In this document: in pieces, positions 25,652 to 36,128 of the stretch
Numbering within the stretch: position 1 is the stretch's first letter
Layout of the letters: each line of letters starts with the position of its first letter
Assembly: GCA_052426225.1 (NCBI GenBank)
Contig: JBNJNM010000011.1
Coordinates: forward strand, 496,001-560,000
Length of the DNA: 64,000 bases
Reading direction: 5' to 3'
DNA from: Zancudomyces culisetae HAW-14-8
Lineage: Eukaryota > Fungi > Kickxellomycota
The notes under the pieces: generated by a model
What the model was told of the DNA's origin: nothing
The model's database searches: none
What the model saw: only the letters and a program-made list of their open reading frames with translations
Program-made: the position numbers and the translations under genes

Positions 25652-26755
25652 ATGCTCTTTAAAAACAGCTCTCTGGTAGGACTTCTTGCATTGAGTCTAT
25701 CCTTCGGTGGTGTTCCAGCTGATGCCAAGTGCAAGAGTTTGCCAACTCCAGCAAGACTTCTCGAGCAGCTATACCAGGATGCATTGGCTGAAGGTGGTGA
25801 TTTTATCGTATACCAAGGAGGTAATGGTAGATCACAAGGAAATGGGGCTATGACATTATTCAACACTAGATTCCCAGGTATGAATCTCACCGTCATTGTA
25901 AACATGAGTGGAGTACACGCTGAGGCCATAGATGCGCAATTGGCAGAAGGGAAGCCAATCCCAAGTGTAATTGCACTTCAAACCATAAATGACTATGCCA
26001 GATGGAAGAGCCAGGGTAATCTCGTCGAGTACAAGCCCCCTCTTTGGGAAAAGGTATACGGTGATGTCAAAGACCCAGAGGGATATTTTACTGGGTTGTC
26101 AGGATTTACCTTTGCTCCTGTAGCATCCAGAGCGGCGTTTGATTCCGGGGATGCCCCGATCGAAGCACAGGACTTTTTGGATCCAAAATATAAGAACAGA
26201 ATTGCCTTGACTTATCCCCAAGATGATGATGCTATTCTTTTGACATTTTATAAATATGTCATGGACTATGGTTGGGACTATATCAACCGTCTTACTATGC
26301 AGAACGTTACTTGGGTTAGAGGTGCTGCCGCTACAACTGCAGTGATTTCAAACGGAACCGTACCAAATGGAGTTACTTTTACCGGCAATACCCCATTGGT
26401 TACACAGACAAACGCACGTATGGTGACAAGGATCCCAGAAAAATCGTGGTTTACCTTGGGTATACAATATGGTGCTATCCCAAAGAACGCGCCCCGTCCA
26501 GCTGCAGCAAAACTGTATCTCGCATGGAGACTGACTGAAGATGTTCAAAGAAGCAACTTAGTAGGGTGGCCAACACGATCTGACATTTCGCCCAAGGTCG
26601 GCCAAAAAGGTATGTTTGAATACAGTAACACATCTCCAACCATCTACAACGAATTTTTGTTGAACAGAACACTTGTCGAATCATTCAGATCAGAGATTGA
26701 AAGCATTATAGGCCCTGTTAGAGGCGATACCCCACTTAACAACCCTAACCTATAG
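25652..26755 (+). CDS. Secreted ABC-type solute-binding protein (Fe3+/thiamine/polyamine-type periplasmic binding fold)
   Basis: Signal peptide; LYQDALAEGG..VYQGG, IDAQLAEG, LQTINDYARWK..YKP, KDPEGYF, DFLDPKYKNRIALTYPQDDDAIL, APRPAAAKLYLAW are typical of this SBP family; TATAAATA at about 25512. Confidence 0.85.
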   Translation: MLFKNSSLVGLLALSLSFGGVPADAKCKSLPTPARLLEQLYQDALAEGGDFIVYQGGNGRSQGNGAMTLFNTRFPGMNLTVIVNMSGVHAEAIDAQLAEGKPIPSVIALQTINDYARWKSQGNLVEYKPPLWEKVYGDVKDPEGYFTGLSGFTFAPVASRAAFDSGDAPIEAQDFLDPKYKNRIALTYPQDDDAILLTFYKYVMDYGWDYINRLTMQNVTWVRGAAATTAVISNGTVPNGVTFTGNTPLVTQTNARMVTRIPEKSWFTLGIQYGAIPKNAPRPAAAKLYLAWRLTEDVQRSNLVGWPTRSDISPKVGQKGMFEYSNTSPTIYNEFLLNRTLVESFRSEIESIIGPVRGDTPLNNPNL

Positions 26756-27243
26756 TCATTTCGAGTTGAATATGACCACCTTTTACAGCATTTGTTTTTA
26801 CTAGTTTTTTTCTTTTCGCAACTTTTAATCTAATTTAAGAACAAGTGTATGTTATAATAAATAAACCATGATACGATATTGTGAGCAGATCTGAAGCATT
26901 GGGAACTAGGCCGTACAATATTTATATAATTAGTTGTCTAAACTCATTCCCATAGCGACTGCCTAGGCCATCACCTGCGTATTAGAGTTTTAATTACATT
27001 TGACCACAGTAAAACCATTGGTATCCTGCTAAAGAGACGCAAACCTCGCAAACATAAGGGCGCAGGTCATAGTCACGCTGATTTAATTGCTAACAGGTAA
27101 CACCCCTGGTTCAACAGAGGAAAATGCACAAGTATCTAGCCAATACTGATATTAGGTCATTTACATAAACAACACGAATAAATATTATTTGAATTATCAT
27201 TTGAACTATAATACTGCATAAATGAATAAATGGAAATTTAGCT

Positions 27244-28138
27244 CTAAAAAATAGCAGTAGACAGGTAAAACCCAAAACCAAAAAAAGCAATAGCTGCCCC
27301 AATAGAATATGACAAGATGTCTTGAGCAGCTATATTTTCGATAGTTTCTTTTTCTGGGTTAGTTAACGACATTAGTTTTCTGCTTACGCCCTCGCTTTCT
27401 TGTAATTTGTGCAATCCAAAGGAGCAGTTTTGAATCCAGAAAAATTTATTAAAAGCAACTAAAGTCTCTCTTTTAGTCTTAGGATCCCATATATCGGTTG
27501 AAGCATGAAACAGTATATCAAGCACAGTATTAGAAATAAAACCGATTGTGGCATTCGTGTGTATATAGTCAACGTTATTCGATGATCTCTTTTGAACCGT
27601 ATTTACGTGGATCTCACCGACCCAGTCCAAGTATTTCATAAATCCCATGTCCCATTTTGAACTCACTATTCGTCGGAGATATTTTGATAGCATAGTTTTT
27701 CTAAACTTGATTATAGGGTCGTCGAGCTTAAGCGTGTTTATATCCCGGACAACCTGTCCTTTGAACCCTTCCATAAAATGGGTGAAATTTTCCTATAAAT
27801 AGATATTGACCCACCAATCTGAATTGAAATTCTCATGATTTTTCAGGTTGTTTTACTTACCTTTGTTATATCAAAAGTAAAAATCCTATAATACACGGCA
27901 TCGGTCAAAACCGTAAGAAAAGGCATTAATAGCTCGCTTGAATTCATGAGTAGTTTATGTTCAGATTCATGATACTCGATAAAACTACATAGGTACTCAA
28001 ATCGGTATTTAAGATCAGTTTTGAGCCTATTTTAACATTTTTACCAAAATTAGTAAAAGCTTAAAGTAAACCAGCCTATTAATATAATTAGCTTTACCTA
28101 TTTTCATCAATAAATTGGACACCTAATTGTTTTGACAT
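27244..28138 (-). CDS. Protoglobin-like globin with C-terminal hydrophobic anchor (3 exons: 28098-28138, 27861-28026, 27244-27792)
   Basis: Spliced protein ..DLKYRFEYLCSFI..LTDAVYYRIFTFDITKENF..IKFRKTMLSKYL..YLDWVGEIH..VDYIHTNATIGF..AFNKFFWIQN matches the fungal protoglobin family; canonical splice sites. Confidence 0.85.
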
Positions 28139-29283
28139 GTTTCAATGAGTTTCACACCACAACAATGGTATATAAAATAAAGTCTAGTCTAAATGCGTTG
28201 AATGTAGAAAAACTGGTGATGGTGATAACAGAAAAAGTTCAAAGGGAATATACACCAAGCTAACCTGTTTGATAAGAAATGGTCAACATTTTATTCTGGG
28301 TAATCATGAAAATACTGGATGTACTTCGATTGGCTGAAAGCTTTTCACATATAAATCAGAGTAAAAAAGTGGTACCATCATTTCAAAAAGGTTATTCAGG
28401 TTTATTGAAAAGAAATGTGATATAGCTGGTTGTATTAAACTGAAGATAGTTTCTGTTTTTACATAAAGTTGTAAAAAAAATACATATCGAATACAATAAA
28501 AGCTATAGGATTATCAGTAAAAAAGTGCAGTATTTTTTTTTGTAGTGGATAAATAGTGTTTAAAGTGAGCGAGCCAATATCATGGGTTTGGAAAGTAATA
28601 AACCCGCGAACCAGCGAGTGAAAACTATATCCATAGCATAAAACAAACCTCACACATTTTGCGTACATAGGATGGTAAAATTGAGCGAATTCAGACTGAA
28701 AAACAAAAATATATAAATGATGAACAAAAGTTGAACACAGAAAAGTTTTAATAGTGAGACGCAAACAAATACGTGAGTATACTCGAATGTGGTTGAGGGA
28801 AAGTGTAGAGAAATTGTTTATAAATGAAATTTAATGCGCTTTACACAGTAAATAAGTACCACTTCTGCTCTACTAAAAAACCCTTTTTTTAAATAAATAT
28901 AATACAACAGAAACAAAAAACAAAAACAAAGAAAAAACAAAAAACAAAATACAATAATGATGGGTACATCATATTCTGATATATATGGCCATATACCTTG
29001 GCAAACTGATACAAAAGTATACCTTGCTACATCTTCATCTTCACCTCCTCACCTCCTCACCTCCTCACCCCTTCACCCCACTCTCATTAACTCTTCCTCT
29101 TTGCATTTTTCTTGTGTCTAATAGCTATGTATATTCTTTTTTTTTCGACTGACCTAGTTCAGCCAGACTCTAACACAAACATAAACACAAGTATAACCAA
29201 CACAAACTAGTTCTCCCTAGTTCAGCTTACATTAAGTTGATTTGGTGGTATTGAAGATAACATCCTGACAACTGACTTAATAA

Positions 29284-29400
29284 CTTTTCTATGCTTTTCT
29301 ATGCTTTTCTATGCTTTTTTACACTCTCTTGAACTCTCCTATACTATTCTACACCATTCTACACTCTCCTATACTCTCCTATACTCTCCTATACTATCTC
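29284..29400. repeat. 10-mer tandem repeats (TTTTCTATGC)x3 and (CTCTCCTATA)n inside the IR arm; mirror at about 38466-38582
   Basis: Directly visible. Confidence 0.85.
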
Positions 29401-30342
29401 ACTCAACCCTTGTTTGTACAATCAACGAATCACTTAACTACTCATTTATACCAACTTTTATATATCTTAACCAGGCTCATATCTATCCTTCTCTAATATT
29501 CAAACATTCCACTCCACTTACAAAAATAATGATAAAAGGGCAATTCAGAAACAAAAAATGTAAAACCTAAAAAAAATATTCAAAACCAGTTCTCCCAATT
29601 GAGTGGTGAAATAAACTCGAATGACGTTTGAGTGTTGGATTAATTTACAATCAACAACTATATGGTTTTGTTTTCACACAGTTTCTGTTATATACAGCTC
29701 TTCATGTTAGTAGTTTTGCGTCTTGCTTGAACAGTTTGTTTAACGTCAATAATAGGTTAATATTTTATCATACAGTTATAAAAAACATTACAGCATAAAA
29801 TGAGGAAAATGGTGTAGAACAAAAGTAAAAAAGTTAACACAAAAAGGACACAAAAAGGACACAAAAAATGGTGGAGATTGATATGAGTTAGTAAAAGCAG
29901 AAACAACTCCATATGTTCATGTAATAGGCTTGGTATTTAATGGATCTTATTGACGAGATAATAATAAAAACCTCTATTTTTATTTTAAAAAAATAGAAGA
30001 GTGGAAAAACTAAAACATGTGCAAGAATAAATATACTTCACCTTTAAAACAAGTAAATATAGTAATATCACTACAGTAATAAAAACATATCGATATCTTC
30101 ATGCAAATTTTAAACTCAACATACAAAAAAATAGTTAGTAATAGTGAGATATATCGAAACCTATAATTACATAGTGTATAACAAAGAAAGATTGTGTAAC
30201 TGTGTGTGTATATATGAAAACCAAAGTATAGCAGCCGATATATGTTAGATACTAGATATTAACTATTAGATAGCACATATCATGTACAGAAAGGGTGTAA
30301 GGTGTACCAATGTTAACGAGAAGATAATGTAATGGTAATATA

Positions 30343-30592
30343 TAACAGTAATAGCAGAATAGCAATAGCAACAGCAATAGCAGAATAACAATAGCAATAG
30401 CAATAGCAATAGCAGAATAACAATAGCAACAGCAATAGCAATAGCAGAATAACAACATCAACAGTAATAGCAGAATAACAATAGCAACAGCAATAGCAGA
30501 ATAGCAACATCAACAGCAATAACAGATTGACAACAGCAACAGCAATAGCAGAATAACAACATCAACAGCAATAACAGATTGACAACAGCAAT
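30343..30592. repeat. Compound AATAGC/AACAGC/AGAAT microsatellite just upstream of the START-like gene; mirror at about 37274-37523
   Basis: Directly visible; ends about 65 bp before the ATG at 30657. Confidence 0.9.
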
Positions 30593-30656
30593 CATAATCA
30601 TACTCAGAAAACGCTGATACTAACCTTCACAGTCTATCTACCCTCAACACTAAAAA

Positions 30657-31502
30657 ATGACTATAAAGCCATTAAGCTACAAAGATATTCCTAGCACAAA
30701 TAGTGTAGAATTTGAAAGTTTTATCAAGGAATGGGAAAGCAAGTGCAATGATCTGATGTTTTTTTCTTCAAAATGGCCAGTAGTAAAGCGAGAAAATGCT
30801 ATTTCAGTAAGAAAGAAATCACTTTCACCAGGAGATACAAAACAATGGTATTGTCGAGAAGTGAAAAGTAGTAATGTCAAATATGAAACATTAAGAAAGT
30901 TGTTGTTTTTGGATCAAGCCAAAAGTCAGAGGCTTTACAATACAAACATCATTGAAATTAAATGTATTGAAGGAATACTGTTAGGCGTGGCCGAAATAGT
31001 GCATACCAAATACAGAAAAAGATGGGGAGGAAAAAAGAGGGATTTTTGTTCGATAAATATTAAGAATGAAGTTACAGATCCACAGATTGCACAGTCACGG
31101 AGAGTATATACACCTGGTAGCGGATTGTCTGGAGTTCAGGCACTTGCAGAAGCAGCAGGAATACTTCCACGGCCATCAAAAAACGACGCAGTTTCTGCAA
31201 TATATCATGCGCTCCGTACCTCAGCTAATAACAAAGTTGTACGAAAGTTTCAGATTATTAGCATCCCAATTAATCATGGTAACTGTCAAAAGGTACCAGG
31301 TAGCATCAGAGCATATATTGAAAGTTATGAAGAAGTACGAGAACTAGCAAATGGAGAGATAGAATGGATCAGTGTACAGAGTTTTGAGCCTGGGGGATGG
31401 GTTTTGCGATCTGTCGCAGAGAAGAAATACTTTTCCGAGCTATTTTTGGATGCAGAGCAAATTTTTCAACTGGCAATGGAGAATATGATTATAGAAATTT
31501 AA
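30657..31502 (+). CDS. START/SRPBCC-like lipid-binding protein (DUF3074-like), copy 1
   Basis: WYCRE, KRDFCSI, FQIISIPINH, RAYIESYEEVREL..EIEWISVQSFEPGGWV resemble the fungal DUF3074/START pattern. Confidence 0.7.
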   Translation: MTIKPLSYKDIPSTNSVEFESFIKEWESKCNDLMFFSSKWPVVKRENAISVRKKSLSPGDTKQWYCREVKSSNVKYETLRKLLFLDQAKSQRLYNTNIIEIKCIEGILLGVAEIVHTKYRKRWGGKKRDFCSINIKNEVTDPQIAQSRRVYTPGSGLSGVQALAEAAGILPRPSKNDAVSAIYHALRTSANNKVVRKFQIISIPINHGNCQKVPGSIRAYIESYEEVRELANGEIEWISVQSFEPGGWVLRSVAEKKYFSELFLDAEQIFQLAMENMIIEI

Positions 31503-31868
31503 CGCAGGTGTAAGGTCGAATGAATGGGTGGAAAAGAAAGAAAAAAAGAAGATATAATATATGTGTGTATTTGTATAAAAGCTACAGGAAAGTAAACAGG
31601 AGTTTTATATTGGGGCGTGAGCTGTATAATGTATATAGTTTTTTTTTTAGAGAATTAGTGTTTAGTGAGATTTGAAAAATCCAAGAGTAATAAAGATATT
31701 TTATGAAAACCGTCATATATACTGAGTGTACTGGTATCTCCATACCATGTCAGTCATTTTATGTTTTAACAAAATGTGTTTACTCTTCTCTCAGTTTGTA
31801 ACAATACATTTATTGTGATTTTAGTGCGCTTTTCACATAAAAAGAATATTTTCACTTTGACAATAACC

Positions 31869-31899
<31 letters not shown>

Positions 31900-33397
31900 T
31901 CCGCAGCCTATACCTTTATTGCTGGCATTTATGTGATGGGTAGTATTTTATTCTCTTGCAACCACATTTATATACCATACTATTGGTACTGGCTTTTTAA
32001 GCGCCTTTTGTCTTTGCATTTTGAATGAGTATTTTTTCATAGCACATACCTAATAGGTTTTGTGTAATACCATCTTTATCACCTGTCACTTGAATATTTC
32101 ATGTTACTGTTATATTATTTCATCTCTACAGAAACCACTAAAAAAACCAAATCAGTATTTTCAACAATTAACTTGCAAATATTGCTTTTTCTTAGGACTC
32201 GTATAACAATTACCTTCACATAAACATTGTTGCGCTTTGCTCGGCTAAAACCTATAGTAAGTAGTTTGAAAAATTGTTCCTGTATGTTTCTTTATGCTTC
32301 CTAAAACATACTTCACTAAAAACTAAAACTGTGGTTCTCAGGTAAACTATACCAAAAAATCACAATCTTTGATTTATTTTGGACATGAGCATAGAGGTTA
32401 CAAAAATAACTCAATTCCGCATCTACTTTCCTAAATTTTAACTGTTTGAGCATTTTAGTATGAGGTTGGTAGCCGGAAGGTGGAAGGCTGTATCTATTCA
32501 GACTTCCCCACTAAAAAAAAAGCCGCCCTATAAAACTCTCTGCTATTTTCATGCAACCGCGTCCACACAACATGATATTAATCTTTTGGTTTGAGGTGGT
32601 GGCTATAACTGTAAAGGCTTGCATGAACGTGGTAAAAAATATAGCCACAACAGCTCCAGCCTACATGAAAACAAGAAGTCGCTCCACCATTTTATCCCTT
32701 TCTATTATTTTTAATTCTAAATGCTTTGAAGTGGTCCTATTCTTATTGTATTACCACAATAAAATATGAAATGTATTCTAACAAAATAACGAAAGCCAGC
32801 GCATTGTTTATTTACTAGTGAACGCCATATTTAGCTTTTCTGTGAGATTCTACAAGTTTAAATAATGTTTTGGGCAGAACAGGGCGTAACTTAGTGATAA
32901 CTCTACATCACTGTCATGAAAAACCTTTAGTATAACCACTTTCTGATCACCAATCTAAACCTTATAGCTAACTCTATTATTAAAGTACATGTTGTTGCAA
33001 CATCTTCGTATTGTGTAAAAAGAGGCTGATATTTTTTTTACATCTTTCCTTGAATATCCAGACTAAAAGAAAAAATGTATAATGCTACAATAGATATCTA
33101 CCGTTCTTGGAATATATATATAAACCCTACTTCTCTCTTCTGAAAAAAATATATTTTTAGGATAGGTTTAGAAGCATAGAAAAAATACAAAGCGAGTACA
33201 CTTGAAATAAACACTTGAATTCAACTTATATTCATATACTTTCATATTTTCATACATTCATTTTTCAATTACTCATCTTTCATACATTCATACTTACATA
33301 CTCGCATACTCGCACTTTTTTCTCATTTACACTCATAAGAGTTATTGCAATATTCATCCACTCAGGTAAACTTCTTAAAGGGCTAAAATAAAACAAA

Positions 33398-34807
33398 ATG
33401 AAGATTAATCTGCTCTCGACATTAGTTCTGTATTTACCAAATATTTCCCTGATTTGCGGACAGATACAAAAATATCCTCTTGAAAGACGTCAAGCTCAAG
33501 GTATGCCACTATCACCATGTATTCAATCCATTGTCGAAATATTAAATCCTTTATTGTCAGACAAAGGGCGTACAAGATCCATAACAGTGAAAGCAAAATC
33601 GCGCTCAAAAACGGTTTTGTACAATCTATTTGCATCAAGGCGTGAGGATACTGGTGCTTCGGGGCCAGGTATCGATCTTAGCATAAAAATAAGTACAATT
33701 GTCAATGACCCTTCAGTACAAACACCGTTGAAAGATATCGAAAAATATGAGCAGCTTGCCAATGCAAATAGCGGCGCTAATAAAAACGAAAAAACACAAG
33801 ACAGAGCTGGAGTAGGCCTGGGGGGCATAGGGAGCAATACTCCTGCACAGGAAGATATCACCAACATGTCAGGTTCAACCGATATACCTGTGCAATCTAC
33901 AGGGTTACCAACTACAAAAATTGACGAGGATGCAGCACCTGCTCTCTCGAGTATCCCATCGTCGCCATTTGGCGATGCTCTTTCGTCACCATTTGGAGAT
34001 TTTACTGGAGGGGCTCCCGTGGGAACGAAATCCACAGGAAAAACTTGCACTTTTCCCTGGTCAGCGTCAAACAATGACAACATACAGGTCATATCACCGA
34101 GCGGAATGAATGCAGGTTGGGCAATGTCGCCCGATCAAAGCTGTCAGCGGGGTTCGTGGTGTCCATATGCATGCAAACCAGGCTATTATTCAGCCCAGTG
34201 GGATCCAGAAGCCAAAGACCCAATTGGTCCAGGAAATATGCATGGAGGCTTATATTGTGACAAAGACGGCCAGCTAAAGAAACCATACTCAAACAAGCCG
34301 TTTTGTGTCTTGGGTATGGGAAATGTTGTTATCTACAACTCTCTAAAAAAATCAGTATCTGCATGTCAAACTACATACCCTGGGAATGAGGCAATGATAA
34401 TCCCCACAGTTGCAAAACCAGGTCAAAGTATCGGGCTTAACATTGTTCCAAATACCTACTGGCTAGGGACGAGCTCTCAGTTTTACGTTAACTTGGAGGG
34501 AAGCGATGAAAAACAATGCATATGGGGAAATGAAGATAAGCCGGTCGGGAACTGGGGTCCTTATATTTTTGGAGGCGGGCAAGCAAAGGATGGAAACACA
34601 TACATTAGTGTTACCTACAATCCTCTATATATCGAATCAGGATTTAATACAAAAGACGCCTACAATGTTCAAATCAAATGCACCAAGGGCAAATGCAATT
34701 TTCCATCGTCAAAAGTTTGTAAATGCGAAAATGGTGCATGTTCAATGCCGAATGGCTGTACTGTTACACTTATGCCGGGTGCCATGGCACAGTTTTACCT
34801 GTACTAG
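33398..34807 (+). CDS. Secreted SUN-family beta-glucanase/beta-glucosidase (Adg3-like)
   Basis: Signal peptide, low-complexity linker, NAGWAMSPDQSC..WCPYACKPGYYSAQWDP..GGLYC..CQTTYPGNEAMIIPT..QFYVN..CIWG..GNWGPY SUN domain. Confidence 0.93.
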   Translation: MKINLLSTLVLYLPNISLICGQIQKYPLERRQAQGMPLSPCIQSIVEILNPLLSDKGRTRSITVKAKSRSKTVLYNLFASRREDTGASGPGIDLSIKISTIVNDPSVQTPLKDIEKYEQLANANSGANKNEKTQDRAGVGLGGIGSNTPAQEDITNMSGSTDIPVQSTGLPTTKIDEDAAPALSSIPSSPFGDALSSPFGDFTGGAPVGTKSTGKTCTFPWSASNNDNIQVISPSGMNAGWAMSPDQSCQRGSWCPYACKPGYYSAQWDPEAKDPIGPGNMHGGLYCDKDGQLKKPYSNKPFCVLGMGNVVIYNSLKKSVSACQTTYPGNEAMIIPTVAKPGQSIGLNIVPNTYWLGTSSQFYVNLEGSDEKQCIWGNEDKPVGNWGPYIFGGGQAKDGNTYISVTYNPLYIESGFNTKDAYNVQIKCTKGKCNFPSSKVCKCENGACSMPNGCTVTLMPGAMAQFYLY

Positions 34808-35205
34808 TAAACTTAAACTGCTGTTTTTTTTTGCTTTTATTAATATGTTATATTGCAAAACATTAAAATATGTCTATGCTTACAATTTAAACTATATATC
34901 TAACTAAAGGAGTAGAAACAAGACTTTTCAGTTATTTAAAAAATACTGGTGATTTTTTTTGCAAAAAACAACCGCCAATAGTAGCGTGGTTTATTATCAA
35001 TTTTCACTTTAAAATTTTTTTTAATTTGAACTTCAGAAATGAAAATAGCTATTCTTGAAACCAAATTAATGCAAACAAAAGTAAATATAACACAAAGCAA
35101 AAAAGGATTAAATAAATTTTACAAAAAGATTTGGGCCCAGTCGCATTTCTGTCACAATCCAGCTTAAAATTTATGAATATCTAATAATTCACTGATAAGT
35201 ACGAA

Positions 35206-35974
35206 ATGAATACTCAGGCTTTGAAGAGGGCCACATTAGTAAATGGTGGTTTTAGAAGAGCACTCTTCGGAGAGCTCAACAGCAGAGGTACGAAGTTTTG
35301 TTAGAATTTTCATTTACATAAAAATTTTACGCCTACCAATTTACACAAAATTAATCGTTATACTATGGTGTTTAGCAAGCCTTTTTAGAAGCTACTCTAG
35401 CGTTGTGGACCCAAAAAAAGGCAACAAAAACGAAAAGACTGGTTTTCAGATTCCATACCAATCCGTCCTTGAGCGAGAAACCACAGAAAAATTTCTAGAT
35501 TTTAGTGCTAAGCAACTTTTACTCACAGAAATTCTTAGAGGAGGATGGATTGTTTTGGAAGCATTTTTCCGCGAGCCATTTACAATGATGTATCCTTGGG
35601 AAAAGGGTCCACTAAGTACCAGATTTAGAGGTGAACATGCCTTGCGTAGATATCCTTCCGGCGAAGAACGCTGTATCAGTTGCAAGCTCTGCGAAGCAAT
35701 CTGTCCTGCGCAAGCGATTACAATAGAATCTGAACCTAGATCAGACGGCTCACGTAAAACTATTAGATACGATATTGACATGACCAAATGCATTTTCTGT
35801 GGACTTTGTCAGGAAGCATGTCCGACAGATGCTATAGTTGAAGGACCAAACTTTGAATACTCAACCGAATCACACGAAGAGTTGATCTACAACAAAGAAA
35901 AGCTACTGGAAAACGGCGATAAATGGGAGATTGAGCTTTCTAGAAACATCCGAACTGAAAATCGGTATCGCTAA
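35206..35974 (+). CDS. NDUFS8: NADH:ubiquinone oxidoreductase Fe-S subunit 8 (TYKY), 2 exons: 35206-35287, 35376-35974
   Basis: [39 protein letters not shown] and [12 protein letters not shown], two 4Fe-4S motifs; the presequence exon [10 protein letters not shown] splices in frame. Confidence 0.97.
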
Positions 35975-36128
35975 TTTGATCCTATACACAATCACTTTTT
36001 ATAATATACGCGTTTTCTCTGGTTTTTACCTACATAGTTACAAGATTTTTTAAAAATGCTAATAAACATGTTTTATTGCAGAGCTAAAATTCTATTCTTG
36101 GATGCGCGAAAGTCTCTCCTATAAACAA

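Larger units (their letters stand above)
28901..31737 (+). repeat. Left arm (2837 bp) of large inverted repeat
   Basis: Reverse complement of 36129-39005; paired coordinates sum to 67866 from at least 29301 to 31737, so there is no net indel there. Confidence 0.97.

Noticed and set aside
30252-30519. Cys/Tyr/Leu-rich ORFs (also 29301-29570 and mirrors at 37347-37614, 38296-38565), or a CRISPR-like array
   Set aside because: These are translations of simple tandem repeats; no unique spacers; eukaryotic context.
28901-31737. Helitron-captured gene (arm ends near CTGG|T)
   Set aside because: No 5' TC start, only a weak subterminal hairpin, and identity extends past the CTGG.
31738-36128. Mating-type locus or IR-type centromere core
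   Set aside because: No HMG, homeodomain or alpha-box gene, and the core contains two intact ordinary genes; only the architecture is analogous.
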